Assembly: GCA_965248435.1 (NCBI GenBank)
Contig: OZ252100.1
Location: 3,520,001-3,584,000 of the forward strand
DNA: 64,000 bases
Direction of reading: 5' to 3'
DNA from: Candidatus Latescibacterota bacterium
Lineage (GTDB): Bacteria; Latescibacterota; UBA2968; GCA-2709665
The position numbers were made by a program, and so were the translations under genes. A model generated the notes under the pieces. It was not told the origin of the DNA. It saw only the letters and a list, made by a program, of their open reading frames with translations, and made no database searches. This document shows, piece after piece, positions 36,659-46,562 of the stretch. How positions within the stretch are numbered: the stretch's first letter is position 1; every line of letters begins with the position of its first letter.

Positions 36659-36705
36659 CTTGACCTGCCTCCCGCTATCTACGTAACCCGATGGGGTTGT
36701 GAGCG

Positions 36706-37206
36706 ATGGCCATAAGAGAAATTCTGCTGCTCGGGAACCCGAAACTCTACGAGGTATGCGAGCCGGTTCGAGAGGACGAGCTCCAGGGTCTCGAACCTGT
36801 AGTGCAGGATCTCCACGACACGATGATGGACTTCAAAGACAGGTACGGACTGGGGCGCGCGATCGCCGCCCCGCAGATCGGGGTGATGAAGCGGCTCGTC
36901 TACATGTTCGTCGAATTGCCTTCGATTTTTGTCAATCCGACGATCGATCAGAAGAGCGAAGAGATGATCGAGATGTGGGACGACTGCATGAGCTTTCCCG
37001 AGCTCGTCGTGAAGGTGAAAAGGCACAAGACGTGTCGCATCACCTTTCGGGACGAAAACTGGGCGGAACAGCGCGAAGACCTGGACGAAGATCTGGGGGA
37101 GCTGCTGCAGCACGAAGTGGATCATCTGGATGGAATTCTGGCCGTACAGCGCGCGATCGACGAGAAGTCGTTCGGGCTCAGGAGTCAGTTGAGTCTGCTG
37201 AAGTAG
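36706..37206 (+). CDS. def: Peptide deformylase (variant motifs)
   Basis: GRAIAAPQIG, DDCMS in place of EGCLS, QHEVDHLDG. Confidence 0.88.
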   Translation: MAIREILLLGNPKLYEVCEPVREDELQGLEPVVQDLHDTMMDFKDRYGLGRAIAAPQIGVMKRLVYMFVELPSIFVNPTIDQKSEEMIEMWDDCMSFPELVVKVKRHKTCRITFRDENWAEQREDLDEDLGELLQHEVDHLDGILAVQRAIDEKSFGLRSQLSLLK

Positions 37207-37224
37207 GTTTGCAAAGGGACCAAG

Positions 37225-38307
37225 ATGCGCGCCGTTGTCATGCGTGACAAAAAGCTAATTACCGATGATCTTCCGCTTCCTGAACCGGGGGAAGGGGAGG
37301 TCCTCGTGAAGACGCTCGCGTGCGGCATCTGCGGGACGGACCTCCACGCGTTCAAGCACGCCGAGAAGTTTATGGAGCGCGCCCGTCGCGTCGGATCGCC
37401 TCACGTGACCGACATTTCGCGGGACATCGTGATGGGTCACGAATTCTGCTCCGAGATCGTAGACTACGGGCCGGGTACTACCAAAAAACTGAAGGCTGGC
37501 ACGAGGGTGTGCGGCATCCCCCGTCTTGTTCGGCCGGACCGAATTCGCGCCGTGGGCTTTTCTTGCGAGACCCCGGGAGGTTTCGCCGAGTACATGCCAC
37601 TGACCGAATCCCTGCTGTTCGAGGTCCCTGAGGACCTGCCTTCGGAACAGGCGGCCCTTACGGAGCCGATGGCGGTGGGCACCCACGCAGTCGAGAAGGC
37701 TCGCCTGGATCCTAACGATGTCGCGCTCGTGATCGGCTGTGGTCCGATTGGCCTCGCAGTCATCGCGGCGCTCCGATTGAAGGGCGTACGGCCGATTGTC
37801 GCGGCTGATTTTTCTCAGCGAAGAAGGGAATTTGCGGAAGCCCTCGGGGCTGACGTGACCGTCGATCCTGCGGAGCACTCGCCTTACGAAAGCTGGACCG
37901 AGGCGGCCGCTAAGGACAGGGCAGAGGATGCGCCCTCTTCGCATGCTCTGTTCCCCGGACAGTCCATTCGTCCGGCTCTAATCTTCGAGTGTGTCGGGAC
38001 ACCGGGCGTCATCGAGCAGGTGATGGCTTCTGCCCCTCGCAATTCCCGCATCGTCGCCCTCGGGCTGTGTATGGAACGAGATCAGTTCGAGCCGGCGTTC
38101 GGGGTCCTCAAGGAGCTGAACCTCCAGTTCTTGATCGGCTACAGCCTGGATGAGTTCGGAGATACCCTTCGCAGCATCGCGGACGGGAAGATTCCTGTGG
38201 AACCGCTCATCACGGGCAAGGTCGGCCTTGAAGGCGTGGCGGGCGCGTTCGAGGAGCTCAATTCGCCGGAGAAACACGCGAAGATTGTCGTCGAACCGAC
38301 ACGGTGA
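37225..38307 (+). CDS. Zinc-binding MDR alcohol dehydrogenase
   Basis: CGICGTDLH, GHEF, GCGPIG. Confidence 0.92.
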   Translation: MRAVVMRDKKLITDDLPLPEPGEGEVLVKTLACGICGTDLHAFKHAEKFMERARRVGSPHVTDISRDIVMGHEFCSEIVDYGPGTTKKLKAGTRVCGIPRLVRPDRIRAVGFSCETPGGFAEYMPLTESLLFEVPEDLPSEQAALTEPMAVGTHAVEKARLDPNDVALVIGCGPIGLAVIAALRLKGVRPIVAADFSQRRREFAEALGADVTVDPAEHSPYESWTEAAAKDRAEDAPSSHALFPGQSIRPALIFECVGTPGVIEQVMASAPRNSRIVALGLCMERDQFEPAFGVLKELNLQFLIGYSLDEFGDTLRSIADGKIPVEPLITGKVGLEGVAGAFEELNSPEKHAKIVVEPTR

Positions 38308-38336
38308 TATGAGGGCCCACCTAAGAATCGTGATCA

Positions 38337-38371
38337 CTGACCGCGGACGACAGACGGCTGACCGCGGATGA
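38337..38371. repeat. Degenerate 7-bp-period repeat x5
   Basis: ctgaccg cggacga cagacgg ctgaccg cggatga. Confidence 0.6.
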
Positions 38372-38387
38372 AGGGAGCGCTTCGGAT

Positions 38388-41216
38388 ATGCAAGTCGTAC
38401 AGGCCGACTATATGACACAGTTGCTCACGCTTACGCTTCCCGGAGATCCGAAGCACTGGGGAAGGCTAAGCGCGTGGGTGAAGGTCACGCAGCCCTGTGG
38501 CTATTCAGTCGAGCTGGATGGCGATTTGAGGACCGAGGGCAAGCAGGCGAAGGTCCGCATCCACTACCCGTTGATGGATGATGGGGCCTATGAACAGATC
38601 GAAGGACCTGCCTCTTCTCTCCTGTTCGACATGGGTGCGACGACATTCACGGTCGAGATATCGAGCGACGGCGCTCCGATTGTCTCTGAAACGGCCGAGT
38701 TGGATCAGGATCAGCTCTTTGCCAACAGCTCCAAAGGGCGGCTTCGTGACGACTTCCCACCCGGTTTTATCGAGTGCGCACCGCTTCGGCCGGTGTGCAT
38801 CGACCACGATGAAGTGCCGGTGACGATCCGACTGAAGACCGAGCGCGTGCCGGCGTGCCGCGTCCGTCTGGATGTGACGGCGCGCCGCGGGACCGAATCG
38901 CTCGTGGATCCCGTGGAGCTGGATTTGACTGAGAAATCCCAGGTCGTCAGGTTCCAGCACGCGGGATGGGATCGAGGGGAGTACTGGGTCCGGGTCCAGC
39001 TGGTCGAGGACGGAAAGGCGTCCGGGCCCTACATGGTCAGGAAGTTCTGGAAAGAGGTGATGGGTCCTGACGTGGTGCCGGAGCCTCCGTTGAAGTTGGG
39101 AGATTCTGTGGAGTACATGTGCGACGGTTGGCTTTTTGAGGATCTGAATGGGATCGATTTCTGGCCGATGAGTTACGATCCGAATCCTGACAAGCCGGCG
39201 ATCGCGATGGAAAAGCCGTGGGAATTCGGAATGATAGGCATGGAGGCTCCGGAGTTCGACGCGGAGGCGGGCCTCTACAAGACGAAATACAAGATGATGG
39301 TAGAGGTGTATCACCGGAGGGGCTACGACTGGCACCTTTTGGCGGACGATCTCGACTCAGACGACGACCTGGCGACTCTGGAGCGGTTGGAATCTTGGCT
39401 ACGCCGTTCTGGTCGCGGTAGGTCAGGCGTTCCGGCAAAGGAACTGAGACGGATAGACATTGGCGTGAAGAAAGAAAAATTGGATCCGATGGCCGGGCCA
39501 TATGGCGAGCTTCTAGAGAAGTTGCTTGCCGAAGGAATACCCGTTCAGGAATACAACATCCCTCCGCTCGGCTTCTCTTACGCCATTCTGAATGATCCGC
39601 GGCCGAATGCGGAACGGAACACAGACCACGTAATGCTCGCTGTACCTGGTATGCGGGAAGATGGCGCGCTTCCCGACCCCAGGGAGATCGACGGAGCGCA
39701 GGCCCAGATCTTCGAGATGTGGCCCGAAGACCTGAATCGGCCAAACTACGTCTGTCTTGCCACCTCAAAGGACGGGGTGGAATGGGAAAAACCGGAAGTC
39801 GGGCGTGTCGAGTTCCACGGGTCAAAGGCGAACAACATCCTTGGCACCTTTGAAGAATTTTTTCGTGAAAGAAACCCTCAGGATGTCACCGCGGCGTTCA
39901 CGCTGGGGATCACGACGCCCAAGTTCAAATTTCGCAAGTATGATCCGAAACGCGACGGTCCCGTGGACATCGACAAGATGTTTATGGCCCAGATCTCGGA
40001 GGGAAGAAATTCTAAAGTCGACTTCATGTGGCCGGATGATTTCGAGGACTCGAAAGAGGAGCTGGGCTTTACGCCGATGGTTCGCAGCTACTATCCTATG
40101 ATGTACAAAGGGGACAACGAATATCTCTTCCTGAGCGACAAACCCTTGATTCACATGGGCGGTGGAATGGATCTGATGCATTCCACAGAGACGATTCGCC
40201 ATCAGGTCGAACGTGTTGACGAGCCGACGATTTTCTGGTACTACAGACCCAATACGCCCGGCTACGCACCACATTGCGCGACGTGGGACAACCATCAGGG
40301 ACAGATGCGCAACCTGGCGGTAATGTGGACGGACGACGGTGTGAACTTCCGAAAGCTGGCCTGTTTGGGCGTCGACGAGTTCGATCCACCCGGGATGCAG
40401 TACTATGGAATGGAACTGATTCTTGAGCATCCGGCGTGTGAAAGCGGCAGGACAATGCTGAGAAGGACGTCGAGTTCCGGCGTGGCGGTGAAGCGGGAGG
40501 GGATGTACGTCGCCACAGTTCGTGCGCATCCAGCGATGGATCAAACCCAGTACCCTGAACTCATCTGGTCGCGCGACCTTCTGCACTGGCATCGGTTCAC
40601 GGACCACCGGGCGCCTCTTGTAAAGCTCAGACCTGATGAAGGGGCCTACAACTGGGGTATGAACTTTGGCGGGACCAGCTACTATTCGTTCAGGAACAGG
40701 GATGGAAACGAGACTTGGGGGCTTGTCAACACCGCAAGCACAGGGCGCCACCACCACGTGAGCATCGGGACCCGACACCGGACGCTGAAAGGATTCCAGG
40801 CCCTTTTCCCGCATTATAGCGACACCCCGTTCTTCAAGGACTGGGATACCCTGTGGCAGAGAGCAAAGCGTCAGTCTTATACACCTCTTATCACGCACAT
40901 CAAACCGGGGCGGCTTGCCTACGCAGCGCCGAAGGACGGGTCGGGTGAATTCACGACCCATCCGATCCACTTCGAGGCCGAGGATCTGATTATCAATGCT
41001 CAGGTTGAAGCGGGAAGTCTGCGCGCTGAAGTCCAGGATAATTCCGGCGGGGTGATTGAGGGGTATGCACTCGGCGACTCGGATGCCTTCACCGGAGATG
41101 AGGTCAACCACCGGCCTTCGTGGAGTGGGAGGGGACTCGGCGACCTTTCAGGGCGGATTCTGAAGTTTCGCTTTGTTCTTGAGAGCGCGAAGTTTTTTGC
41201 GATGAACTTGGTTTAG
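38388..41216 (+). CDS. Large multidomain protein with glycoside-hydrolase-like beta-propeller and C-terminal beta-sandwich (paralogue A)
   Basis: CLATSKDGVEWEKP, WTDDG, WSRDLLHW blade motifs; C-terminal GEFTTHP..LIINA..GSLRAEV..LKFRF. Confidence 0.6.
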   Translation: MQVVQADYMTQLLTLTLPGDPKHWGRLSAWVKVTQPCGYSVELDGDLRTEGKQAKVRIHYPLMDDGAYEQIEGPASSLLFDMGATTFTVEISSDGAPIVSETAELDQDQLFANSSKGRLRDDFPPGFIECAPLRPVCIDHDEVPVTIRLKTERVPACRVRLDVTARRGTESLVDPVELDLTEKSQVVRFQHAGWDRGEYWVRVQLVEDGKASGPYMVRKFWKEVMGPDVVPEPPLKLGDSVEYMCDGWLFEDLNGIDFWPMSYDPNPDKPAIAMEKPWEFGMIGMEAPEFDAEAGLYKTKYKMMVEVYHRRGYDWHLLADDLDSDDDLATLERLESWLRRSGRGRSGVPAKELRRIDIGVKKEKLDPMAGPYGELLEKLLAEGIPVQEYNIPPLGFSYAILNDPRPNAERNTDHVMLAVPGMREDGALPDPREIDGAQAQIFEMWPEDLNRPNYVCLATSKDGVEWEKPEVGRVEFHGSKANNILGTFEEFFRERNPQDVTAAFTLGITTPKFKFRKYDPKRDGPVDIDKMFMAQISEGRNSKVDFMWPDDFEDSKEELGFTPMVRSYYPMMYKGDNEYLFLSDKPLIHMGGGMDLMHSTETIRHQVERVDEPTIFWYYRPNTPGYAPHCATWDNHQGQMRNLAVMWTDDGVNFRKLACLGVDEFDPPGMQYYGMELILEHPACESGRTMLRRTSSSGVAVKREGMYVATVRAHPAMDQTQYPELIWSRDLLHWHRFTDHRAPLVKLRPDEGAYNWGMNFGGTSYYSFRNRDGNETWGLVNTASTGRHHHVSIGTRHRTLKGFQALFPHYSDTPFFKDWDTLWQRAKRQSYTPLITHIKPGRLAYAAPKDGSGEFTTHPIHFEAEDLIINAQVEAGSLRAEVQDNSGGVIEGYALGDSDAFTGDEVNHRPSWSGRGLGDLSGRILKFRFVLESAKFFAMNLV

Positions 41217-41272
41217 TGATCGATCGTGTTCAAAGTCACGTCGGTCGCTAATCACACGACGGGGTGAATGAT

Positions 41273-44068
41273 ATGCAGGTGACACAGGCTGATTACACGA
41301 CGCAGGTGCTTACGCTCACGCTTCCCGGCGATCCGAAGCACTGGGGCCGGTTGAGTGCACGGGTGAAGGTCACGCAGCCCTGTGGTTACGCGGTTGAGCT
41401 GGATGGCGACCTGAGGACCGAGGGCAAGCAGGCGGAGGTCCGGATCCATTACCCATTGATGGATGATGGAGCCTACGAGCAGATCGAAGGGCCTGTGTCT
41501 TCTCTCCTGTTCGACATGGGTGTGACGACATTCACGGTGGAGATCTCGAGCGACGGCGCTCCGTTTGTTTCTGAGACGGCCGAGCTGGAGCAGGATCAGC
41601 TCTTCGCGTACAGCCCCAAAGGGCGGCTTCGTGACGATTTCCCGCCAGGGTTTGTCGAGTGCGCCCCTCTTCGACCCGTGTGCATCGACCACGATGAAGT
41701 GCCCGTGACGATACGACTGAAGACAGAGCGTGTGCCGGAGTGCCGCGTACGTCTGGATGTGACCGCGCGCCGCGGGGCCGAATCGCTCGTGGATCCCGTG
41801 GAACTGGACTTGACGGAGAATCACCAGGTCGTCAGGTTCCAGCACGCCGGATGGGACCGAGGAGAATACTGGGTCCGGGTCCAGCTTATCGAGGGGGGAA
41901 GGGCATCTGGACCTTACATGGTCAGGAAGTTCTGGAAAGAGGTGATCGGTCCGGACGTGGTGCCGAAGCCTCCGTTGAAGTTGGGCGATTCTGTGCAGTA
42001 CATGTGCGACGGCTGGCTGTTCGAGGAGCTGAAAGGGATCGACTTCTGGCCGATGAGCTACGATCCGAATCCTGACAGGCCGGCCGTCGTGATGGAGAAA
42101 CCCTGGGAATTCGGCATGTTCCAGATCTACGACCTGAAGTTCGACGCTGAGGCGGGTCTCTACAACTTGAAGTACAAGATGATGGTAGAGGCGTACCACC
42201 GCAGAGGCTACGACTGGCATCTGCTTGCGGACGACGTAGACTCGGAGGACGACGTTGCCCACATCGAACGGTTCGAATCGACAAAGGATCTGCGACAGAT
42301 CGAGGTTGGGGTGAAGAAGGAGGGATCGGATCCGATGGCCGAGCCGTACAGGGCCCTCCTCCAGAAGCTGCTTGACGAAGGAAAACCCGTTCAGGAATAC
42401 AACATCCCTCCGCTCGGTTTCTCTTACGCCATTCTGAACGACCCCAGACCGAAGGGGGAACGGAACACAGCCCACTTGATGCTGGCCGTGCCGGGAATGA
42501 GGGAAGATGGCGCGCTTCCCGGCCCCAGGGAGATCGACTCGGCGCAGGCCCAGATCTTCGAGATGTGGCCCGAAGACCTGAATCGGCCAAACTACGTCTG
42601 TCTTGCCACCTCGAAGGATGGGGTGGAATGGGAGAAACCGGAAGTCGGGCGGGTCGAGTTCCACGGGTCAAAGGCGAATAACATCCTCGGCACCTTTGAA
42701 GAATTCCTTCGTGAAAGAAATCCTCAGGACGTCACGGCGGCGATCACGCTGGGGATCACGACGCCCAAGTTCAAATTTCGCAAGTATGATCCGAAACGTG
42801 ACGGTCCCGTTGACGTCGACAAGGTGTTTATGGCCCTGATCGTGGGAGGAAGAAACCCCAAAGTCGATTTCAACTGGCCGGATGACTTCGAGGATTCGAA
42901 GGAGGCGCTGGGGTTTACACCCACGGTCCGTTCCTATTACCCGGTGATGTACAAAGGAGACAACGAATATCTCTTCCTGAGCGACAAGCCGTTGATCTTC
43001 TTGGGCGGCGGGATGGACCTGATGCATTCCACAGAGACGATCCGGCATCAAATCGAGTGTGTTGACGAGCCGACGATTTTCTGGTACTACAGACCGAACA
43101 CACCGGGCTACGCACCGCACTGCGCGACGTGGGACAACCACCAGGGTCAGATGCGCAACCTGGCAGTGATGTGGACCGACGACGGCGTGAATTTCCACAA
43201 GCGGACATGTCTGGGCGTCGACGAGTTCGACCCGCCCGGGATGCAGTACTATTCAATGGGATTGATTCAGGATCAGAGTGCCGGTGAAGGTGGCAGGACC
43301 GTGCTGCGTGGAAACTCGACGTCCGGGGTCGCGGTGAAGCGCGGCGAGATGTACGTCGCCTGGGTCCGGGCGCATCCCGCGATCGATCAAACCCAGCACC
43401 CGGAACTCATCTGGTCGCGAGACCTCCTGCACTGGCATCGCTTCACAGACCACCGGGCGCCGCTCGTAAAGCTCAGACCGGATGAAGGTGCCTACAACTG
43501 GGGGATGAATTTTTCGTCGACGAGCTACTATCGGTTCAAGGACCGCGAAGGAAACGAGACATGGGGGCTCGTGAACACCGCAAGCACGGGGCGGCACAAT
43601 CACGTCGGCATCGGGATCCGGCACCGGACGCTGAAGGGGGTTCAGTCCCTGTTCCCACATTACAGCGACGCCCCGTTCTTCAAGGATTGGGAGACCCTGT
43701 GGGAGCGCGCAAAGCGACTTTCGTATACACCGCTTATTACACACATCAAGCCAGGTCGGTTGGCCTACGCTGGCCCGACGGACGGGTCGGGTGAATTCAC
43801 GACCCATCCGATCCGCTTCGATGCCGAGGGTTTGATCATCAATGCTCAGGTTGAAGCGGGAGGCAGTCTGCGCGTTGAAGTCCAGGACGATTCACGCGAG
43901 GTGATCGAGGGATATGGTATGGATGACTCGGATGCCTTCACCGGAGACGAGGTCGAATATCGGCCTTCCTGGAGCGGACGGACGCTCGGGGGACTTTCAG
44001 GGCGGATTCTGAAGTTCCGCTTTGCCCTGGAGCGTGCAAGGATCTTCACCCTGAATCTTGAAACATAA
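41273..44068 (+). CDS. Large multidomain protein (paralogue B, tandem duplicate of A)
   Basis: Colinear with and highly similar to 38388-41216 over its full length. Confidence 0.6.
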   Translation: MQVTQADYTTQVLTLTLPGDPKHWGRLSARVKVTQPCGYAVELDGDLRTEGKQAEVRIHYPLMDDGAYEQIEGPVSSLLFDMGVTTFTVEISSDGAPFVSETAELEQDQLFAYSPKGRLRDDFPPGFVECAPLRPVCIDHDEVPVTIRLKTERVPECRVRLDVTARRGAESLVDPVELDLTENHQVVRFQHAGWDRGEYWVRVQLIEGGRASGPYMVRKFWKEVIGPDVVPKPPLKLGDSVQYMCDGWLFEELKGIDFWPMSYDPNPDRPAVVMEKPWEFGMFQIYDLKFDAEAGLYNLKYKMMVEAYHRRGYDWHLLADDVDSEDDVAHIERFESTKDLRQIEVGVKKEGSDPMAEPYRALLQKLLDEGKPVQEYNIPPLGFSYAILNDPRPKGERNTAHLMLAVPGMREDGALPGPREIDSAQAQIFEMWPEDLNRPNYVCLATSKDGVEWEKPEVGRVEFHGSKANNILGTFEEFLRERNPQDVTAAITLGITTPKFKFRKYDPKRDGPVDVDKVFMALIVGGRNPKVDFNWPDDFEDSKEALGFTPTVRSYYPVMYKGDNEYLFLSDKPLIFLGGGMDLMHSTETIRHQIECVDEPTIFWYYRPNTPGYAPHCATWDNHQGQMRNLAVMWTDDGVNFHKRTCLGVDEFDPPGMQYYSMGLIQDQSAGEGGRTVLRGNSTSGVAVKRGEMYVAWVRAHPAIDQTQHPELIWSRDLLHWHRFTDHRAPLVKLRPDEGAYNWGMNFSSTSYYRFKDREGNETWGLVNTASTGRHNHVGIGIRHRTLKGVQSLFPHYSDAPFFKDWETLWERAKRLSYTPLITHIKPGRLAYAGPTDGSGEFTTHPIRFDAEGLIINAQVEAGGSLRVEVQDDSREVIEGYGMDDSDAFTGDEVEYRPSWSGRTLGGLSGRILKFRFALERARIFTLNLET

Positions 44069-44082
44069 CTGCTGGAGCGGGG

Positions 44083-45024
44083 ATGGATGAATTTCGACCA
44101 GAGATGAACGTGTTTCACCAGGAGCGTTATCCCGACCCTGGTGTTCGGTTCGAGAAGGACTCGAGGGCAGTGATCGATCTGGATCCGACCTTTCCGAGAA
44201 GCAAGATCCTTTGCCCCCGGGCGTTCGAACTGGACGATGGTACCTACAAGCTTCTTTTCATGGAGTATGGTCGATTCTGTCCGACGGGCGTCAATGGGGT
44301 GATCGTAAGCGCTTCATCTCGAGACGGGATCATGTGGGAGCGAGACGGAAAGATCTGTGTCGGGCCGAATCCGCCCTTCGCGACACATCGATCTCTCGCG
44401 CCGGATGTCGTGAGACTTCCGGGCGGAGGGTTTCGGATGTATTTCGAGGGTCGCTCGGGAAACCACTCCCACGTGATCCTGAGCGCCCTATCTGAAAACG
44501 GCCAGTCGTGGACCGTAGAAGAAGGGGTCCGCGTGCACGATGACGAGAACAAGATCGATTTCGGTACGCCGGCCTGTGTGCGGCTCCCTGACCAGGGGGG
44601 CTGGCGTCTGTATTTTCACGCTCGGGACCCTCAGCGATGTGAAATTTGGAGCGCTCGCTCAGAAGACGGCCTGACGTGGGAGCGGGAGCCGGACGCTCGG
44701 ATTTCTCAGACACGTCCGGAGGAGGCCCACGGGGCCTACAGCCCGCACGTGATTCAGACCTCGAGAGGGTTCTGGCGGATGGTCTATTCGGGCTGGTGCC
44801 GCCACCCTGAGATGCGGGGAAGAATCCTCGCTGCACGATCGGATGACGGTCTGACCTGGGAGAAGGAAGCGGGCGTCGTGCTGGAACCCGGCCTCGAACT
44901 TGACGCCGTTCACTGTTCGGAACCCTGCCTGCTTCGCCTGTCTAATGGACGCTGGAGGCTGTTCTACGAAGCTTCGGACAAAAAGGGGCGCTGGCGGATT
45001 CTGGGCGCGAGCAACCGAATGTGA
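44083..45024 (+). CDS. Beta-propeller glycoside-hydrolase-like protein (Asp-box-like SxDGxxW repeats)
   Basis: SRDGIMW, SENGQSW, SEDGLTW, SDDGLTW, each preceded by P..(R/K)(M/L)(Y/F) strands. Confidence 0.7.
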   Translation: MDEFRPEMNVFHQERYPDPGVRFEKDSRAVIDLDPTFPRSKILCPRAFELDDGTYKLLFMEYGRFCPTGVNGVIVSASSRDGIMWERDGKICVGPNPPFATHRSLAPDVVRLPGGGFRMYFEGRSGNHSHVILSALSENGQSWTVEEGVRVHDDENKIDFGTPACVRLPDQGGWRLYFHARDPQRCEIWSARSEDGLTWEREPDARISQTRPEEAHGAYSPHVIQTSRGFWRMVYSGWCRHPEMRGRILAARSDDGLTWEKEAGVVLEPGLELDAVHCSEPCLLRLSNGRWRLFYEASDKKGRWRILGASNRM

Positions 45025-45072
45025 GGAAGATTACCTGATTCACTTTTTGCATTGTAAGCCTCGGGGATCCTG

Positions 45073-46416
45073 ATGAAGCTCGATGATCGTCAAGAAAAGC
45101 TGATCAGACGCACCTTCCTGGACTATCAGCAACTCTCCGCGTTTATCGAAAACCCTATCGTGATGCACAAAGCGGAGGGGCTTTACTACTGGGATGTAGA
45201 AGGGAAGCGCTACTTCGACGGCATCGGCGGCATCTTTGTGGCGACGCTCGGGCACAGACATCCCAGACTGATCGAGGCGATGCGGAAGCAGATGGAAGTG
45301 CTGACCTTCGCGCCTCCGATGCACGGAACGGCAGATCTGACGCTCGATTTCATCGAGAGACTGGGGGAAGTGTCCCCGGGGGATTTAAACTACATCAAGC
45401 CTTACAGTGGCGGGTCGGAGTCTGTGGAATCCGCCCTGAAGTTTACGAGACAGTACTTCAAACAGACGGGGCATCCTGGGAAGTACAAGTTTGTCAGCAG
45501 ATACCACGGTTATCACGGTGGCACGCTGGGTGCGCTCGCCGCCAGCGGGACGGGGTCACGGAAAAGCGGATCGGAGCCGCATCTTGCCGGCTTTCCAAAG
45601 GTGTTTCCGCCGACGGTCTACCGGGATCGTTTTCCATCGTGGGATGCGTGCAACCGATTCTGTGCGCAGATGTTTGAAGATGTGATCATCCACGAAGATC
45701 CAGAAACGGTGGCCGGGGTGATTCTGGAACCGATCGGAAATACGGGCGGAATCGTCACGCCTACGGAGGAATATTTCCAAATCATCCGGGAGGCGTGCGA
45801 TCGTCACAACGTGATCCTGATCTATGATGAGATCATCACGGGGTATGGTCGGACCGGAAATATGTTCGCGGCGCAGACGTTCGGAACGACGCCAGATATC
45901 ATCTGCGGGGGAAAGGGGCTCTCGAGTGGAATGATCCCGCTCGGGGCCATGATTGCCAGAGAAGATATGGGCGATGCATTCCTTGGTTCGCCAGATGACC
46001 AGAATTTCTTCGCTCACGGGCATACCTTCGCGGGCAATCCGCTAGCCGCCGCGGTTGGTATGGCGGTGATCGACGAGATCGTGGAAAACAAGCTGGACGA
46101 GAAGGCGCGGACGCTGGGCGAATACCTTGCAGAGAAGCTGGAGAGGTTGAAAGCCTACGGTGTTGTCAGGGAAGTCAGGGGCCGAGGTCTTCTTCGCGGC
46201 GTGGAACTGGTGAAGGATACCGAGAGTATGACGCCCTTCCCGGAACTGGGAAAGGAATTGAAGAAGACGGCCCTCAAGAACGGGCTGATCATACGCATCG
46301 ATCCGAACTGGTTTGCCGTGAGCCCCGCCCTGACCGCGGGGAAGAGTGATATTGACGAGCTTTGTGAACTGATTGAGAAGAGCCTGAAGGAGGCGCTTGA
46401 ACAGGTTCGGGCCTAG
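45073..46416 (+). CDS. Class III PLP aminotransferase
   Basis: GGSESVE, YHG, DEIITGYGRTG, GKGLSSG, HGHTF. Confidence 0.93.
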   Translation: MKLDDRQEKLIRRTFLDYQQLSAFIENPIVMHKAEGLYYWDVEGKRYFDGIGGIFVATLGHRHPRLIEAMRKQMEVLTFAPPMHGTADLTLDFIERLGEVSPGDLNYIKPYSGGSESVESALKFTRQYFKQTGHPGKYKFVSRYHGYHGGTLGALAASGTGSRKSGSEPHLAGFPKVFPPTVYRDRFPSWDACNRFCAQMFEDVIIHEDPETVAGVILEPIGNTGGIVTPTEEYFQIIREACDRHNVILIYDEIITGYGRTGNMFAAQTFGTTPDIICGGKGLSSGMIPLGAMIAREDMGDAFLGSPDDQNFFAHGHTFAGNPLAAAVGMAVIDEIVENKLDEKARTLGEYLAEKLERLKAYGVVREVRGRGLLRGVELVKDTESMTPFPELGKELKKTALKNGLIIRIDPNWFAVSPALTAGKSDIDELCELIEKSLKEALEQVRA

Positions 46417-46442
46417 CCGAAATACCGGAATTTGCAGTTCAG

Positions 46443-46485
46443 AGGAAGGGCTCAGAATTTGTACCCGGGCCCTTCCTTTATTTTT
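46443..46485 (+). terminator. Intrinsic terminator
   Basis: AGGAAGGGCTC...GGGCCCTTCCT stem followed by TTATTTTT. Confidence 0.6.
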
Positions 46486-46521
46486 ATCTTACCTCTTCAA
46501 AATAGTAGATGCAGTGAGCGT

Positions 46522-46547
46522 CTGGATTCCCGCGTGTGCGGGGACGA
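46522..46547. repeat. Degenerate REP-like element (CTGGATTCCCGC..GCGGGAATGAC type)
   Basis: CTGGATTCCCGCGTGTGCGGGGACGA. Confidence 0.4.
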
Positions 46548-46562
46548 AACTGGGAACGGCGT

